Positions 7,456 through 18,000 of a stretch of DNA of 29,763 nt are shown here, piece by piece. Source of the DNA: a virus; IMG/VR virus record IMGVR_UViG_2706795548_000001, positions 1 through 29,763 of that record; one strand, written 5' to 3'. The position numbers and the translations under genes are program-made. The notes beneath the pieces are model-generated. The model was not told the origin of the DNA, searched no databases, and saw nothing but the letters and a program-made list of their open reading frames with translations. Position 1 is the first letter of the stretch, and the number at the start of each line of letters is the position of its first letter.

Positions 7456-8475
7456 ATGTCTAAGACGCTTATTTTGACGATGGGTTATGCCTCTGTAAAG
7501 AATGTCGCTGAAGATATCGCAAGTGTTGTCGGCAGTGCGACAGTTGATGTCGAACCAACTTTATACGTAAATAACGTCAACAAATTCGATAGACTTATTG
7601 TATTTGTCCCATTTACCCCACCTTTACTGAATAACTACTTGTTAGTCTATAACTATTTTCAGGGTGAGAAGTATTTTTACACAACAGTTGACGGAAAACC
7701 AGTTTTGCAGGCAACAAATGAGTATATTGCAAGAAATATAAAGTATATTCCAAATTCTCAATTCTCTGCTGAAAATTTGAAATCTGTAGGTTTAGATGTA
7801 GATATTCCAGTTTTTCATGGAATAAATTTTGACATAGTGAAAAAAGCTGAGCAATTAGTTCCAAAGTTAAGACAAAAATTAGACTTAGATTTTCCAGATA
7901 GCGTGAAAATTGGAGTAGTTACGGGAATGACAAAACGTAAAAATATCGATTTGTTTGTTGAAACAACTCGTTACTTAAATGAAAAAATGCCAGATGTTGC
8001 TAAAAATGTCCATTTCTTTGTAATTTCTCATGCTGATTTTCAAAAGTTAGAAGTACCACAAAATGTACACTTTGTTGCACAGTTTGGATATCAGTCCCGT
8101 GAAAGAGTATTCGCATTTTACGGTTCTATGGATTATGTATTTGTCCCATCTGGGTGTGAAGGATTTGGATTGCCAGTTTTAGAATCCATGGCAATGGGTA
8201 CGCCCGTCATACATATGGCTATCCCTCCATTTACTGAATTTACATCATGGCAGTGGAACTTTTTGTTTAAAGATGATGACGTTGAGGAATATTACGATAA
8301 AGATCATGGGCAAATTTGGAAAATTCACAGATTTACGCCAGAAAATGGGGCGTTAGCAATTGCAACTGCAGTCATGGCAACTGATAGGGAAGAAAGAAGT
8401 CGTCATTTAAAAGATTTAGCTAAAAAATATGATATTAAATTCCTATACAAAAGATTTTTAGAGGGTCTCGAATAA
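7456..8475 (+). CDS. GT-B glycosyltransferase, GT4-like (SIRV2 ORF335 family)
   Basis: PSGCEGFGLPVLESMAMGTPVI motif; KRKN donor-binding loop. Confidence 0.92.
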   Translation: MSKTLILTMGYASVKNVAEDIASVVGSATVDVEPTLYVNNVNKFDRLIVFVPFTPPLLNNYLLVYNYFQGEKYFYTTVDGKPVLQATNEYIARNIKYIPNSQFSAENLKSVGLDVDIPVFHGINFDIVKKAEQLVPKLRQKLDLDFPDSVKIGVVTGMTKRKNIDLFVETTRYLNEKMPDVAKNVHFFVISHADFQKLEVPQNVHFVAQFGYQSRERVFAFYGSMDYVFVPSGCEGFGLPVLESMAMGTPVIHMAIPPFTEFTSWQWNFLFKDDDVEEYYDKDHGQIWKIHRFTPENGALAIATAVMATDREERSRHLKDLAKKYDIKFLYKRFLEGLE

Positions 8476-9402
8476 TGCGTAAACAGTACAGGGTCCGGTT
8501 GCCCATGCGTAAACTTGTGACGGGTTATTAACTGAAAATTCTAAACTATCACCTGGTAAAATTGGGAAATTGTTGTAAAGTTTATTCCCAATGTAAACTA
8601 TGTAATTAGACAAGTTTTGAAGTATAATTTTTACAGTTTCTAACGCAGGTCCCGAATAAATTGGTTGCGGAGTTGTCGAAATTTGCAGTTGCAAACCCTG
8701 GATTGCAGGGGGGCTCATATAAAGCGTCAGCTTATTGATTGCGTTTGACAGTGAATTCATGGCTAAATAAATGTAAGCCAGTGCATAAAGCAGAGTGTCT
8801 GCAACTGAATAAATTGCCTTAGATAAACTTGTAGTTATTTGATTTGTTAATTTTGCAGTAACTAAATAGATATTTTCGTAAACATTTTGAATTAATTGTG
8901 GTAAATATAAGACTGGAGAAATTACAGTTTTTAATTGATTATCGACACCAATTACAACTTGATATAGGTTTTGATAAACATTTGAAATTTCTTGTTGTAA
9001 GGCGTTTTGAGTTTGTGTAACTGTCCCCGCAGTTAGCTTTGCAATTGCGTTATAAACGTCAGTTGGCATTTGTTCAATTGCATTATAAAGTTGCAATTGA
9101 CTGTTCAAAATTGATTGAATTTGTTGTATTGCAGACCCAACAAATCCTGCGATATAGATGGGGTCTTCTTCCGTTAACACTGGCTGACCTGAAACATAAA
9201 CTTCATTATAAAAATCTCCAACTAAAGCAGAAATTGTATTTGGTACATAAAGATTGCCGTTTTGGAATAATTGCCTATCGATTAATGATCCGCCAAAATA
9301 AATTGTTGATAGCGTTAGCACTGCAGTATTCCACATGGCAGACGTCAATCTCTGAAATGGACTTGCCAAAAGGCTACTGATTGAGGCATACTGAATACTC
9401 AT
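8458..9402 (-). CDS. Probable virion or fibre protein, paralogous to 13128..14906
   Basis: N-terminal LTSAMWNTAV, Q/N-rich helical middle, C-terminal ILQNLS..NNPSQV beta domain. Confidence 0.6.
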   Translation of the reverse strand: MSIQYASISSLLASPFQRLTSAMWNTAVLTLSTIYFGGSLIDRQLFQNGNLYVPNTISALVGDFYNEVYVSGQPVLTEEDPIYIAGFVGSAIQQIQSILNSQLQLYNAIEQMPTDVYNAIAKLTAGTVTQTQNALQQEISNVYQNLYQVVIGVDNQLKTVISPVLYLPQLIQNVYENIYLVTAKLTNQITTSLSKAIYSVADTLLYALAYIYLAMNSLSNAINKLTLYMSPPAIQGLQLQISTTPQPIYSGPALETVKIILQNLSNYIVYIGNKLYNNFPILPGDSLEFSVNNPSQVYAWATGPCTVYALFETL

Positions 9403-9448
9403 AGTTTAAATTTATGTGCTTATAAGCTTAAAAACATGACATTTAATT

Positions 9449-9787
9449 ATGAGCCTTGACAATATTTTCGGACCGGTTAGGTTTATTATCGACAAATTAA
9501 GAGAATTGGAAATGAGGGGAGAGGCTTATGGATTTTCTCAATATTTGTCGCAATCCATAATTTTACACAGAGTGACAGAAAATGGGGCGTTATACCAGAT
9601 ATTTATACCGTCATTCCCTTATTATTTTGAATTTCTTGTCGAAAAAGACCCAAAAACTATGGCATTGCAAATTTCGGATTATAGGATTGTTTATCCTGCA
9701 CCAGTAAAGATTTCAGATTCACAAATTATGAAAGAATTAATTCAAGATTATCTAACTATGCAATTAGGAGGGGGGCAAAATGAGTGA
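9449..9787 (+). CDS. Hypothetical protein
   Basis: 112-aa ORF in core region overlapping next start. Confidence 0.8.
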   Translation: MSLDNIFGPVRFIIDKLRELEMRGEAYGFSQYLSQSIILHRVTENGALYQIFIPSFPYYFEFLVEKDPKTMALQISDYRIVYPAPVKISDSQIMKELIQDYLTMQLGGGQNE

Positions 9788-10028
9788 CGTGACTTTCGTC
9801 CTTACTACAATTTCTACAACTACAACTGTGTTATTATCAATTATTACTCTTTACTATAAAATAAAACAAATGTTTCGTGAGGCAGTGAAAGAAATTGTAA
9901 AACAGGAATTGGACAATTTGGTAAAAGAGATTGCAAAAATAAAAGAAAAACAAGATGCACAACAAAAAGATATTGAATATTTAAAACAAGAAATTGAAGA
10001 AATAAAAAAGAAAGTTGAAAAATTATAG
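9780..10028 (+). CDS. Membrane-anchored coiled-coil protein
   Basis: Hydrophobic, Thr-rich N-terminus followed by K/E/Q heptads. Confidence 0.7.
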   Translation: MSDVTFVLTTISTTTTVLLSIITLYYKIKQMFREAVKEIVKQELDNLVKEIAKIKEKQDAQQKDIEYLKQEIEEIKKKVEKL

Positions 10029-10223
10029 TTATTTCGTGGTTTTTTCTCTTATTTCTTTCAATATTTTGATAACTTCTTGTGCCCTTTTGTACAATTCCGA
10101 TTTCCTAATATTTTCATCTTCAACTGTCGCTAATTCCAATGCGAGATTATCTAGGGCGACAAACAATTTGGCTGAAAATTCTTTGTCAAATTTTGGTTTT
10201 TTCTCTTCTAATTGTTCACTCAT
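10029..10223 (-). CDS. Small helical hypothetical protein
   Basis: 64 aa, start overlaps the GNAT gene stop. Confidence 0.75.
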   Translation of the reverse strand: MSEQLEEKKPKFDKEFSAKLFVALDNLALELATVEDENIRKSELYKRAQEVIKILKEIREKTTK

Positions 10224-10701
10224 TTTTTCTCACTTCAGCTTTTTTTTCGCTTACATTTAAATATTTTACGAATACCGGCGTATTTGTTCTTGGAGTATTA
10301 CCCACATATTCAAAACCTGCATTTTTATATAAGGCGTTTGAATGATTTGGAAAACCTAAAGTCCACAGTACTTCAATTCCATAAGATTTCAACAGGTCAG
10401 CAAGTTTTTCTAAAAATTCGACTAGATAATCTCCTGGGGCAGTTTTTGTCACTCTCCTAATAAAGTAAGATCTATCAATTGGAATTTTGTATTTTTCTGC
10501 AACGAAACGAAATGGAATTGAATCGTTAATCCATACGATAGCAACTATGAAATTTTCGCAAACGTATGCAAAATATTTCTGAATTTTTGATGCCCCTCCT
10601 CCATGTGGTATACCCTGAGCATGGTATTTTGCAATAAGCAGTCGTGCTAATTCAATATCTTTCTTGTCCTCTAATTCCACAATTTTACATTCTTCCGCCA
10701 T
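10216..10701 (-). CDS. GNAT-fold acyltransferase, possibly Mom-like
   Basis: FIRRV strand and NHSNALYKNAGFEYVG GNAT motif; ARLLIAKYH N-terminal helix. Confidence 0.7.
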   Translation of the reverse strand: MAEECKIVELEDKKDIELARLLIAKYHAQGIPHGGGASKIQKYFAYVCENFIVAIVWINDSIPFRFVAEKYKIPIDRSYFIRRVTKTAPGDYLVEFLEKLADLLKSYGIEVLWTLGFPNHSNALYKNAGFEYVGNTPRTNTPVFVKYLNVSEKKAEVRKNE

Positions 10702-10742
10702 ATCAAATATTATTATACAACATATGCTTTATAAGCAAATTG

Positions 10743-10940
10743 CTAATGATGAAAACAATGAGCCCAGAGGTCAACGAAAACTCCAGTTGAAACAATAAGA
10801 ACAATTACTGCAAATATTTTTTCTGTGACGTTGTCATTAGAAAAAATCATGATGATAGATAAGACAATTAGCAATAGTAAACCATACAAATCGTGAGTTT
10901 TCCCACGGCGAAAATAGTAAAACATGTCGCAGTCACGCAT
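10743..10940 (-). CDS. Small two-TM membrane protein
   Basis: Two hydrophobic stretches; start overlaps hjc stop. Confidence 0.65.
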   Translation of the reverse strand: MRDCDMFYYFRRGKTHDLYGLLLLIVLSIIMIFSNDNVTEKIFAVIVLIVSTGVFVDLWAHCFHH

Positions 10941-11280
10941 AGATGATCACCTCATCATCTTTATTTACAACTTTAAGTTTCCACTTTTTAGCTTTTTTGA
11001 AATATACTAATACTGCAGGTTTGCAATTACAGAAAGAGAACATTTCGCAAAAATTAAATAGTTTATCAATTTGGAATTTATCAATCTTTTTAGAAAGTTT
11101 TGAAGTTGACTTGACTTCAATCGCAAAAATTACACCATCTTTAGTCGCAATAATATCTGGCAAAGGTTGTTTACCAGCCCCCGAAACCGGAATTCTTGCA
11201 ACTTTATAACCTTCATTTTTTAGCAAATCTAGGGCTTTATATTCATAATATTTGCCAGAATTGTGGATATTAATCTCCAT
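10933..11280 (-). CDS. hjc: Holliday junction resolvase (archaeal Hjc family)
   Basis: GKYYE...RIPVSG...PDIIA...IEVKST motifs. Confidence 0.95.
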   Translation of the reverse strand: MEINIHNSGKYYEYKALDLLKNEGYKVARIPVSGAGKQPLPDIIATKDGVIFAIEVKSTSKLSKKIDKFQIDKLFNFCEMFSFCNCKPAVLVYFKKAKKWKLKVVNKDDEVIIYA

Positions 11281-11288
11281 GTTTTTTA

Positions 11289-12704
11289 TTATCTGTTAGC
11301 TATATTTTTAAAACCTTTATTGTAAAATATAGGTTTATAATTCTGCAAGTACACTTTCTTCTGATCAAGTTTTCTTTGCGTTTGTATTTTTCCAAGTCCC
11401 TGCAATTGTTCTCCAAGTTGTTGAGCAAATTTTAAATCTTCATCCGAAAGACCGTATAATTTCCATTTTTGTCTCCAATATTGCAAAAATTGATCATATG
11501 GTAATGTTCTTGGACCGGCGTTGTACGACAGATTGCCCTGGTATGTATATCTTGCCACTTGTAAAATCGCAGAGGCAACCATTTTTGCATACCAGACATT
11601 AGGATATTTCTTATTTACAATTTTTTGTATTCTTTCATATAATTCATAATTTGAAATATATGTTTCTGCATATTGAGAATTTGAAACATTTGTTGCTCCA
11701 GGTCCCAATTCTTGCAAGTGTTGTCCAAATATTTGACCGAAAACTGAAATTATTGCTCTCTCTGTCGCTAAAATTGCAGTTAATTGAATGTCGTTAAGAT
11801 TTTGATCAGTAGGGAATTCTGGCATCAGAATGTTGAAATCAAGAGGCGTAAGGTCTAAAATTACTCCAAGTGCTTGTGAGAAGTTTTGAATTTTTATATT
11901 GTTTGCTAGAGTTTGATAACCATTTTCTTCTGTGGAGAAGGCGGATCTATCAAGCCATGACACATCTAACGCCACACCGTTATCAATTATGTTGTTTATC
12001 AGTCCTAGGAATGCCAACAAATATTTCGCTAAGTCTGGTAAAGAATTGAAATATTGTTGTGACGTTGTGTTTTTCTGTTGTGCTAAACGTGATAATGTGT
12101 CAGATACTCCAGTATTTTGCACAAGTGAATAGAGATAATTGTCAACATCTGAAATTTGTGTCACTGCAACTCCAAGATTTTCAAATGTTGTAACAGTTAT
12201 TGCAGTTGGCGGATTAGCAAAATACGATTTTAATTTTTCACATGCCTGATTATTGAAAATTACTCCAGGGGCAGGGGCGTAAACTGAAGCATCAAATTGT
12301 GTTTCGTCAAATATTGCAATTTGATACAATGTTGAACAATTTTTAACATATTGATCATAAAGTGCAGTGTAATTGTTAAGAGCGTCAAGTGTTGAAGGTG
12401 GGCTTGAAATTCCTAAATTGAAAGTATATGATTGTGCAGTGTTTGGTATGAAATTGTTCAGTGCTGATGCAGAAAAATTGTTTATTGCATTTAAGAAGTT
12501 CTGCACAATTTGTGCGAAAGCAATTCCATAATTTGCATTCATGTAAGGCGGAACAGCAACATTTTCAAGTGAAGATGGTAAAGTACTTTCAATTCCTGCC
12601 GATAACATTGCCTTAAATGCGGGATAAACATTTTGATTGAAAATCTTATTGTAGAGATGATATTTCATTTGCGCTATTGACCTACTGCCTCTCCTTTTTG
12701 TCAT
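11289..12704 (-). CDS. Minor virion structural protein (SIRV2 ORF488-like)
   Basis: About 470 aa from ATG 12704 (track 12737); basic N-terminus with RSIAQ; C-terminal QYWRQKWKLYGLSDEDL helix. Confidence 0.7.
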   Translation of the reverse strand: MTKRRGSRSIAQMKYHLYNKIFNQNVYPAFKAMLSAGIESTLPSSLENVAVPPYMNANYGIAFAQIVQNFLNAINNFSASALNNFIPNTAQSYTFNLGISSPPSTLDALNNYTALYDQYVKNCSTLYQIAIFDETQFDASVYAPAPGVIFNNQACEKLKSYFANPPTAITVTTFENLGVAVTQISDVDNYLYSLVQNTGVSDTLSRLAQQKNTTSQQYFNSLPDLAKYLLAFLGLINNIIDNGVALDVSWLDRSAFSTEENGYQTLANNIKIQNFSQALGVILDLTPLDFNILMPEFPTDQNLNDIQLTAILATERAIISVFGQIFGQHLQELGPGATNVSNSQYAETYISNYELYERIQKIVNKKYPNVWYAKMVASAILQVARYTYQGNLSYNAGPRTLPYDQFLQYWRQKWKLYGLSDEDLKFAQQLGEQLQGLGKIQTQRKLDQKKVYLQNYKPIFYNKGFKNIANR

Positions 12705-12760
12705 GCCACATCTGTGTATTATTTCTCTTATTGTCATTTTTATTGCTCAATATTCAACAG

Positions 12761-12804
12761 TAATATTCATAATATTAATCATATGCATATTAAGCATTGA
12801 ATTT
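12761..12804. promoter_or_regulatory. Core-gene upstream block in divergent promoter
   Basis: TAATATTCATAATATTAATCATATGCATATTAAGCATT; shared with 4241, 6666 and 24694. Confidence 0.75.
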
Positions 12805-12842
12805 ATTTTAAGTTGTTACGACAAAATAGATAACGATAAAAA

Positions 12843-13082
12843 ATGTCAGCTAACCCATCTGGACCTCACGGTAAGAAAGTATCGGCAAGAGTCATCAAAG
12901 CCTTATTTGTCGGATCAACAATTGGAATATTTGGAGGTTTTGGATTATATTTACTTGCTGACGCAATAAACACATTAGCTCATACTACAGTTGTAGATCC
13001 TATTGGATTTCTACTCCTTGGATTTGGCGGTTCAATAGCAGGTGTAGTTGGCACAGAATTATCAAAAGATCTTGAAGAATAA
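12843..13082 (+). CDS. Small Gly-rich two-TM membrane protein
   Basis: 79 aa, two GxxxG-rich hydrophobic helices. Confidence 0.8.
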   Translation: MSANPSGPHGKKVSARVIKALFVGSTIGIFGGFGLYLLADAINTLAHTTVVDPIGFLLLGFGGSIAGVVGTELSKDLEE

Positions 13083-13127
13083 ATTCAAGATATGTTTTTT
13101 TAAACTCTTTTTCCTAATGTGAAAATT

Positions 13128-14906
13128 ATGAGTAATTTACCCTATCCTTTAAAGTATAAGCTTCCACTTCAATATTTGTCAGTGCAAGATTGGAATAATT
13201 TTGTAAATGACCTTCTTCTAGTTTATAATTCTCCAAGTAGACTTTTAGCACAATACTACTCAAGTGGAAATTTGCAAAATTTGAATGGAGTTTTTGCAAA
13301 AACTCTAAATGTTGTGCAACTTTATGTAAATGGTTATGAAGCGTTATACAATCTCAAGAAAGTACTTGCGTATACTTTCGGGGGCGTTCTCTCATATTAT
13401 ACAACTTACCCGCCAATTAATTTTTCGAATGTTGAGCAATTAACAAAATTGCCAAGTTTTTATGTGCAAAAATACAATATACCAGTTGCAAAATATAAAC
13501 AAATAGTCGAAACATTTAATTTCATATTTGAAAAACATTTACCGCAAATTACAAAAACTATGCAAGTGTTAATTCCAAAAATTGCATATAGATATCTGCC
13601 TGCTTCAATTGCGGGCGGAATGATAACAGTCTCTGGTTCTCAGACATTATCTCAAATTTTGCAAAACGAATTTGCAATTTCAGATTTTTCGACATGGAAA
13701 GGTGTAACAATTGAAAATTTAAGCAATAATAATGTCATTATTAATAATGCGATTGTATTAATGCCAAAGCAATGCTTAAAACTTTCTGCTTCTTCACCTT
13801 CAGAAGTTACAATTACTGCTCAACAACCTGCATTAATTTCAACATTATTAGAATTTGGAGGTATACGTATTACTGCCTATGCGATAACGATAACAAACAA
13901 TCAGTCCGATCCAACACCTTCCAATTTTCAACAACTCCTAACGCTTAATCTGTCTGGTATAATTTCTTCACCTTCACAATTGTTGAATTTACAATTCTGC
14001 CAGGACATAAATTGCAATACTCAATTATACGCATGGATTGAATATTATAGCAGTAATTTATCGACAGTCTATGTTTGGGTTTTAATACCTGGCGGTATAC
14101 CCGCAAATTCTTCAATAACGATATATATGTTTGTAACAAATACAATTCAATACCCTTACACTGGGATAAATGCATATTATAACACACAATACGATAACGG
14201 TGCAAACGTTTTTGACGCCTACATGAATTTCATGGGGTCTAGTCCGATACCTTCAAATTATCAATCCTATTCGAGTATTTCTGGATATCCAACATTTGTT
14301 GCAGAAAGTGGTACAACTCCTGGTTATTTATATACGTTTGATAACGTTGGCAGTAGTCATGTTGACGCTTATATATCAGCACCGAAATCTGCAAGAACCC
14401 CAGAAGTCTTTGAAGGAATGGCTTACTATGACGGTAGTGCAGATGCGCAAGGTATTATGTTCTTTGGTGAGGGATCGTCAGGGTTTGTAGCAAGTCCAAA
14501 TATTGCAAATGCATATGTTCTCTCAGATAGCTGGGAAGTTGCATGGGACCCGTATTATAATTATGCGTATATCAGTGGCGGATCGTCAAATGATAATACA
14601 TATAGCGAAAGTCTCTTTACGTCAGACGGTTACAATTTCTATCAGGCTATCGCAACGTCAAGTGAGATTATTTTTAACGGTGCAACAGCAAGTAATCCAA
14701 CTACTCCATACGCACAACTTAATATTCAAAATGTTGCTAGTTACAGTGGAACAATTACAGTTTATGGCAATGTCGTAGGAACAATTGATAGTTCTGGAGG
14801 TGCAACTCACTATGGTTACTGGTATTATCTAAGAGCAAGAGCATATCCGCCAAATGGAGTAATGCCGACAAATACACAACCTCAGAAGATTACTGTCTAC
14901 ATTTGA
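13128..14906 (+). CDS. Minor virion structural protein (SIRV2 ORF564-like) with DUF2341-like and beta-rich domains
   Basis: QYLSVQDWNNFV N-terminus; ITITNNQ..TP..FQQLL...LYAWIE...VYVWV domain; RARAYPPNGVMP terminus; precedes the largest gene. Confidence 0.7.
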   Translation: MSNLPYPLKYKLPLQYLSVQDWNNFVNDLLLVYNSPSRLLAQYYSSGNLQNLNGVFAKTLNVVQLYVNGYEALYNLKKVLAYTFGGVLSYYTTYPPINFSNVEQLTKLPSFYVQKYNIPVAKYKQIVETFNFIFEKHLPQITKTMQVLIPKIAYRYLPASIAGGMITVSGSQTLSQILQNEFAISDFSTWKGVTIENLSNNNVIINNAIVLMPKQCLKLSASSPSEVTITAQQPALISTLLEFGGIRITAYAITITNNQSDPTPSNFQQLLTLNLSGIISSPSQLLNLQFCQDINCNTQLYAWIEYYSSNLSTVYVWVLIPGGIPANSSITIYMFVTNTIQYPYTGINAYYNTQYDNGANVFDAYMNFMGSSPIPSNYQSYSSISGYPTFVAESGTTPGYLYTFDNVGSSHVDAYISAPKSARTPEVFEGMAYYDGSADAQGIMFFGEGSSGFVASPNIANAYVLSDSWEVAWDPYYNYAYISGGSSNDNTYSESLFTSDGYNFYQAIATSSEIIFNGATASNPTTPYAQLNIQNVASYSGTITVYGNVVGTIDSSGGATHYGYWYYLRARAYPPNGVMPTNTQPQKITVYI

Positions 14907-14915
14907 CGTAACACA

Positions 14916-14943
14916 ATTCTTATAATGTATATTATGAATATTA
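14916..14943. promoter_or_regulatory. Core-gene upstream block, reverse orientation
   Basis: 23/28 to reverse complement of 12761..12788. Confidence 0.55.
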
Positions 14944-15005
14944 TCATTCAATATTGTGCAGTAGAATAAATTATAACTGAGATTGTAAATCTTACATAGA
15001 TAGAA

Positions 15006-18000
15006 ATGAGCTTCCTAGTTTCGGGACTAGAGGCAGTGGAGACATTCTTCTCTGACGAACTTACTGCTCTGGAAAATTTTACAAACTTTTTAGCATCTGA
15101 TGTTGTTTCATTTTTTGAAACTGTTTCAACAGATGTACAAAATTTCATTTCATTTTTAGCAACTGCAATTAGCGATATTCCAACTTTTATTCAACAAGGC
15201 GTATCCTATTTTGTGCAAGTCCTTCAAAATGTATTTTCTAATGTTGCATCTGCAGTAGATGGATTTGAACAATATGTCGCAAACGCATTACAAGGATTTT
15301 TCCAAGATGTTGCAAATCTAATGCAAGGGTTTTTGAATGCAATCTATGGATTTTTCTCAAATATTGCAAACGGTCTTGCTAATTTTGTAAATGTTGCAGT
15401 CTCTAATTACATACAAGGGTTTGGGGCAGTGGGGACATATGTGGGGCAGGCAATTCCACAAATTATAAATCAAATTACTCCAATTGTCGCCCCTTATCTT
15501 CTTGCAAGGATTTTGCCAGATGCGGTTGAAAGATTGGGAGAAATACTACCTGGAATTGAAATTGATTTATCCCCAGTCGGTTTAGGTGGGAAATTTGAAA
15601 TTAAATTTGGGGAGATTGCGAAAATGATAGGTGAGCCAATCGCTGACCTCATGGAAGAGATCTCTGGCGAAATAATGTCGTCTTTCAAAGAATTTTTGAA
15701 AGAACCGTTTATTTCTGATTTCAAAATTACAATAAGGCAAATTTTCAATAGTATCGGACTTGGGGATTTACCATTTGCGGACCCATCATATCGTGAGATT
15801 ACGTCATGGGTAGGGGCAAGGTCATTTCAAGAATTGAAAGATCATCTAAGGGAGACACTATTGTTGACGGGATACCCGGCGTGGTTCACTGACGCATTTT
15901 TAGAACCGCCGGCTGACGATTACATACCAAGAAATCCACTGTTTAGACCAGTTGCAATTCGTGACGTGATTGCCGGTGTTGAATATGGTCTTCTGCCTTC
16001 ATCAGCAATTGAACAATATGCAGAAAATAATTTGATAACGAAAAAAACTGCAAAATTAATGTATGTAAATCAGAATTTGAGGTTATTTCAGCGTGTAGTT
16101 GAGGAAGGAATAAGAGGTTTTATCATTCAACCCGACAAGGCTTACGACTTAATGATGTCTGGAAAAGATCTTGCAGGGAAAGATCTATTTACAAAATATT
16201 TCGAAATTGAGTACCAATTTGCAACACAAAGATTCGCAAAGCAAATTCTCAGAGCGCTTTTGTCAAGAGCATTATCGAATTTTGGAAGACCTTATGTAGA
16301 TATAAAGTATTTAGCTAAGACAACTGACGAAATTTATAAGCAACTAAATCTGCCAAAAGAAATTTCGACATTGTTTGAACAAATGATTGCAGAATCTCAA
16401 TTAATACAGTACAACGAGTTAATTTTCACATTTTTGAGGTCAAAAGCTGAAAAGGGGATATTTAACCAGGCAGATGTAGAGAAATTGTTAAAAGATTATA
16501 ATTTTAACGTTAGTGAGTCACTTTACATTTTACAAAATTATGTAGATTTACTTATAACAACTGAAGAAATACAATTAATCACGCAAAAACTGCAGAATTT
16601 CTTTATATCGGATAAAGACGCAGAAAAAGAATTGAAAAATTTAAAAGTAAACGATAATTATGCAAAACTTTTGATTGAGAGATATTACAACTTACAATTA
16701 TCAAAAGAAAAAGCAAACGTATATCTATCACTGCTCAAAAAAGGATATTACAATAGCCATGAGGCAAAAACTGTATTCAAAGCACTTGGTTATCCAACAA
16801 GTGTAATTGAAGAATTGTTAGATTTATATTCTCAAGAAATTGAGACAGAATTACAGATAAAGACAATAGAACAGAAAGCCCAAATGTTCCTACTGAATGA
16901 ACAAGAGATTGATACTGAGCTGAAAAAATTACATGTCTCTGACGCACTTATTCAAGAAATTGCGACTGAATATCTTCAAATTCCATTTTTGAAACAACAA
17001 GTTGACGTTTATACATCTCTGGTCAAAAAGGGATATATAAATAGTGAAGAGGCAAGAAGGATATTTTCTGCACTTGGTTTTAAACAAACGACAATTGAAC
17101 AATTGATCCCGCTTTATACGCAAGAAATACAAGTCGAAACAACAATTTCAACATATAAAGCGCTATTGCAACATTTTCTAATTGATGAAAAGACCGCTGA
17201 GCAAGAATTGAAAAAATTGCATGTCTCTGACGCATTAATTAATGAACTGTTGACTGAATATTACCAAGTCCCATTAACTGAAAAAATATTCAATATTTAT
17301 CTTTCTCTTCTAGAGAAAGGATATACGACAGTGGATACAATTAGCAAAATCCTAGGGGCAAAAAATGTTAATGCAACTGCACTTGCAGAAATTGCAAACG
17401 CTTACAATTACGAAATTGAAATTGAAAACTCCATCAAATATATACAATCACTGTTGAGAAATTTACTAATTGATGATAAAACTGCAGAACAAGAATTGAA
17501 AAAATTAGGCATTTCTGATGTGCTGACGAAAGCAATAATTGCAGAATATACGCCAGTTTTAGTAAATGTAAAGTCTGTTGCGCAAACAATTATAGAAGGT
17601 GCAATTTATAATGTAGGTAAAGTCCCAATTTCTGTATCAAATGTTGTACCAGAACTGAAGAAGTTAAACATTCCAGACAATCAAATTAACGCACTAATTA
17701 GCGAAATTGAAACACAAGTTGCGTTAGAAATTTGGAAAAAATATTTACCTACACTTTCTGACATTAAAACTGCGCTGACTTATAATTATCCAGTCGATAA
17801 ATTATTGCAATTGTCTCTCATACCTGCAGAGCTATATAATCTGCATGCTGATTTGACTAGATATGAACTTATCGCAAAAGAAGTGCAAAGCTTAAAGTCG
17901 ACTTACGAAAAATTGCTAACTTATAATGTTACAAATCCACAATTAGAACAAATGCTAAGACAATATGGAATTAACGATCAATTGTTGCAAGTTTTACAAT

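Noticed and set aside
9780-10028. P98/PVAP pyramid protein
   Set aside because: Topology is similar but I see no sequence resemblance to P98 as recalled
9039-12969. Plus-strand ORFs 9039, 10015, 10139, 10212, 10943, 11932 and 12703
   Set aside because: Antisense shadows of well-supported minus-strand genes, or spanning a promoter (12703)
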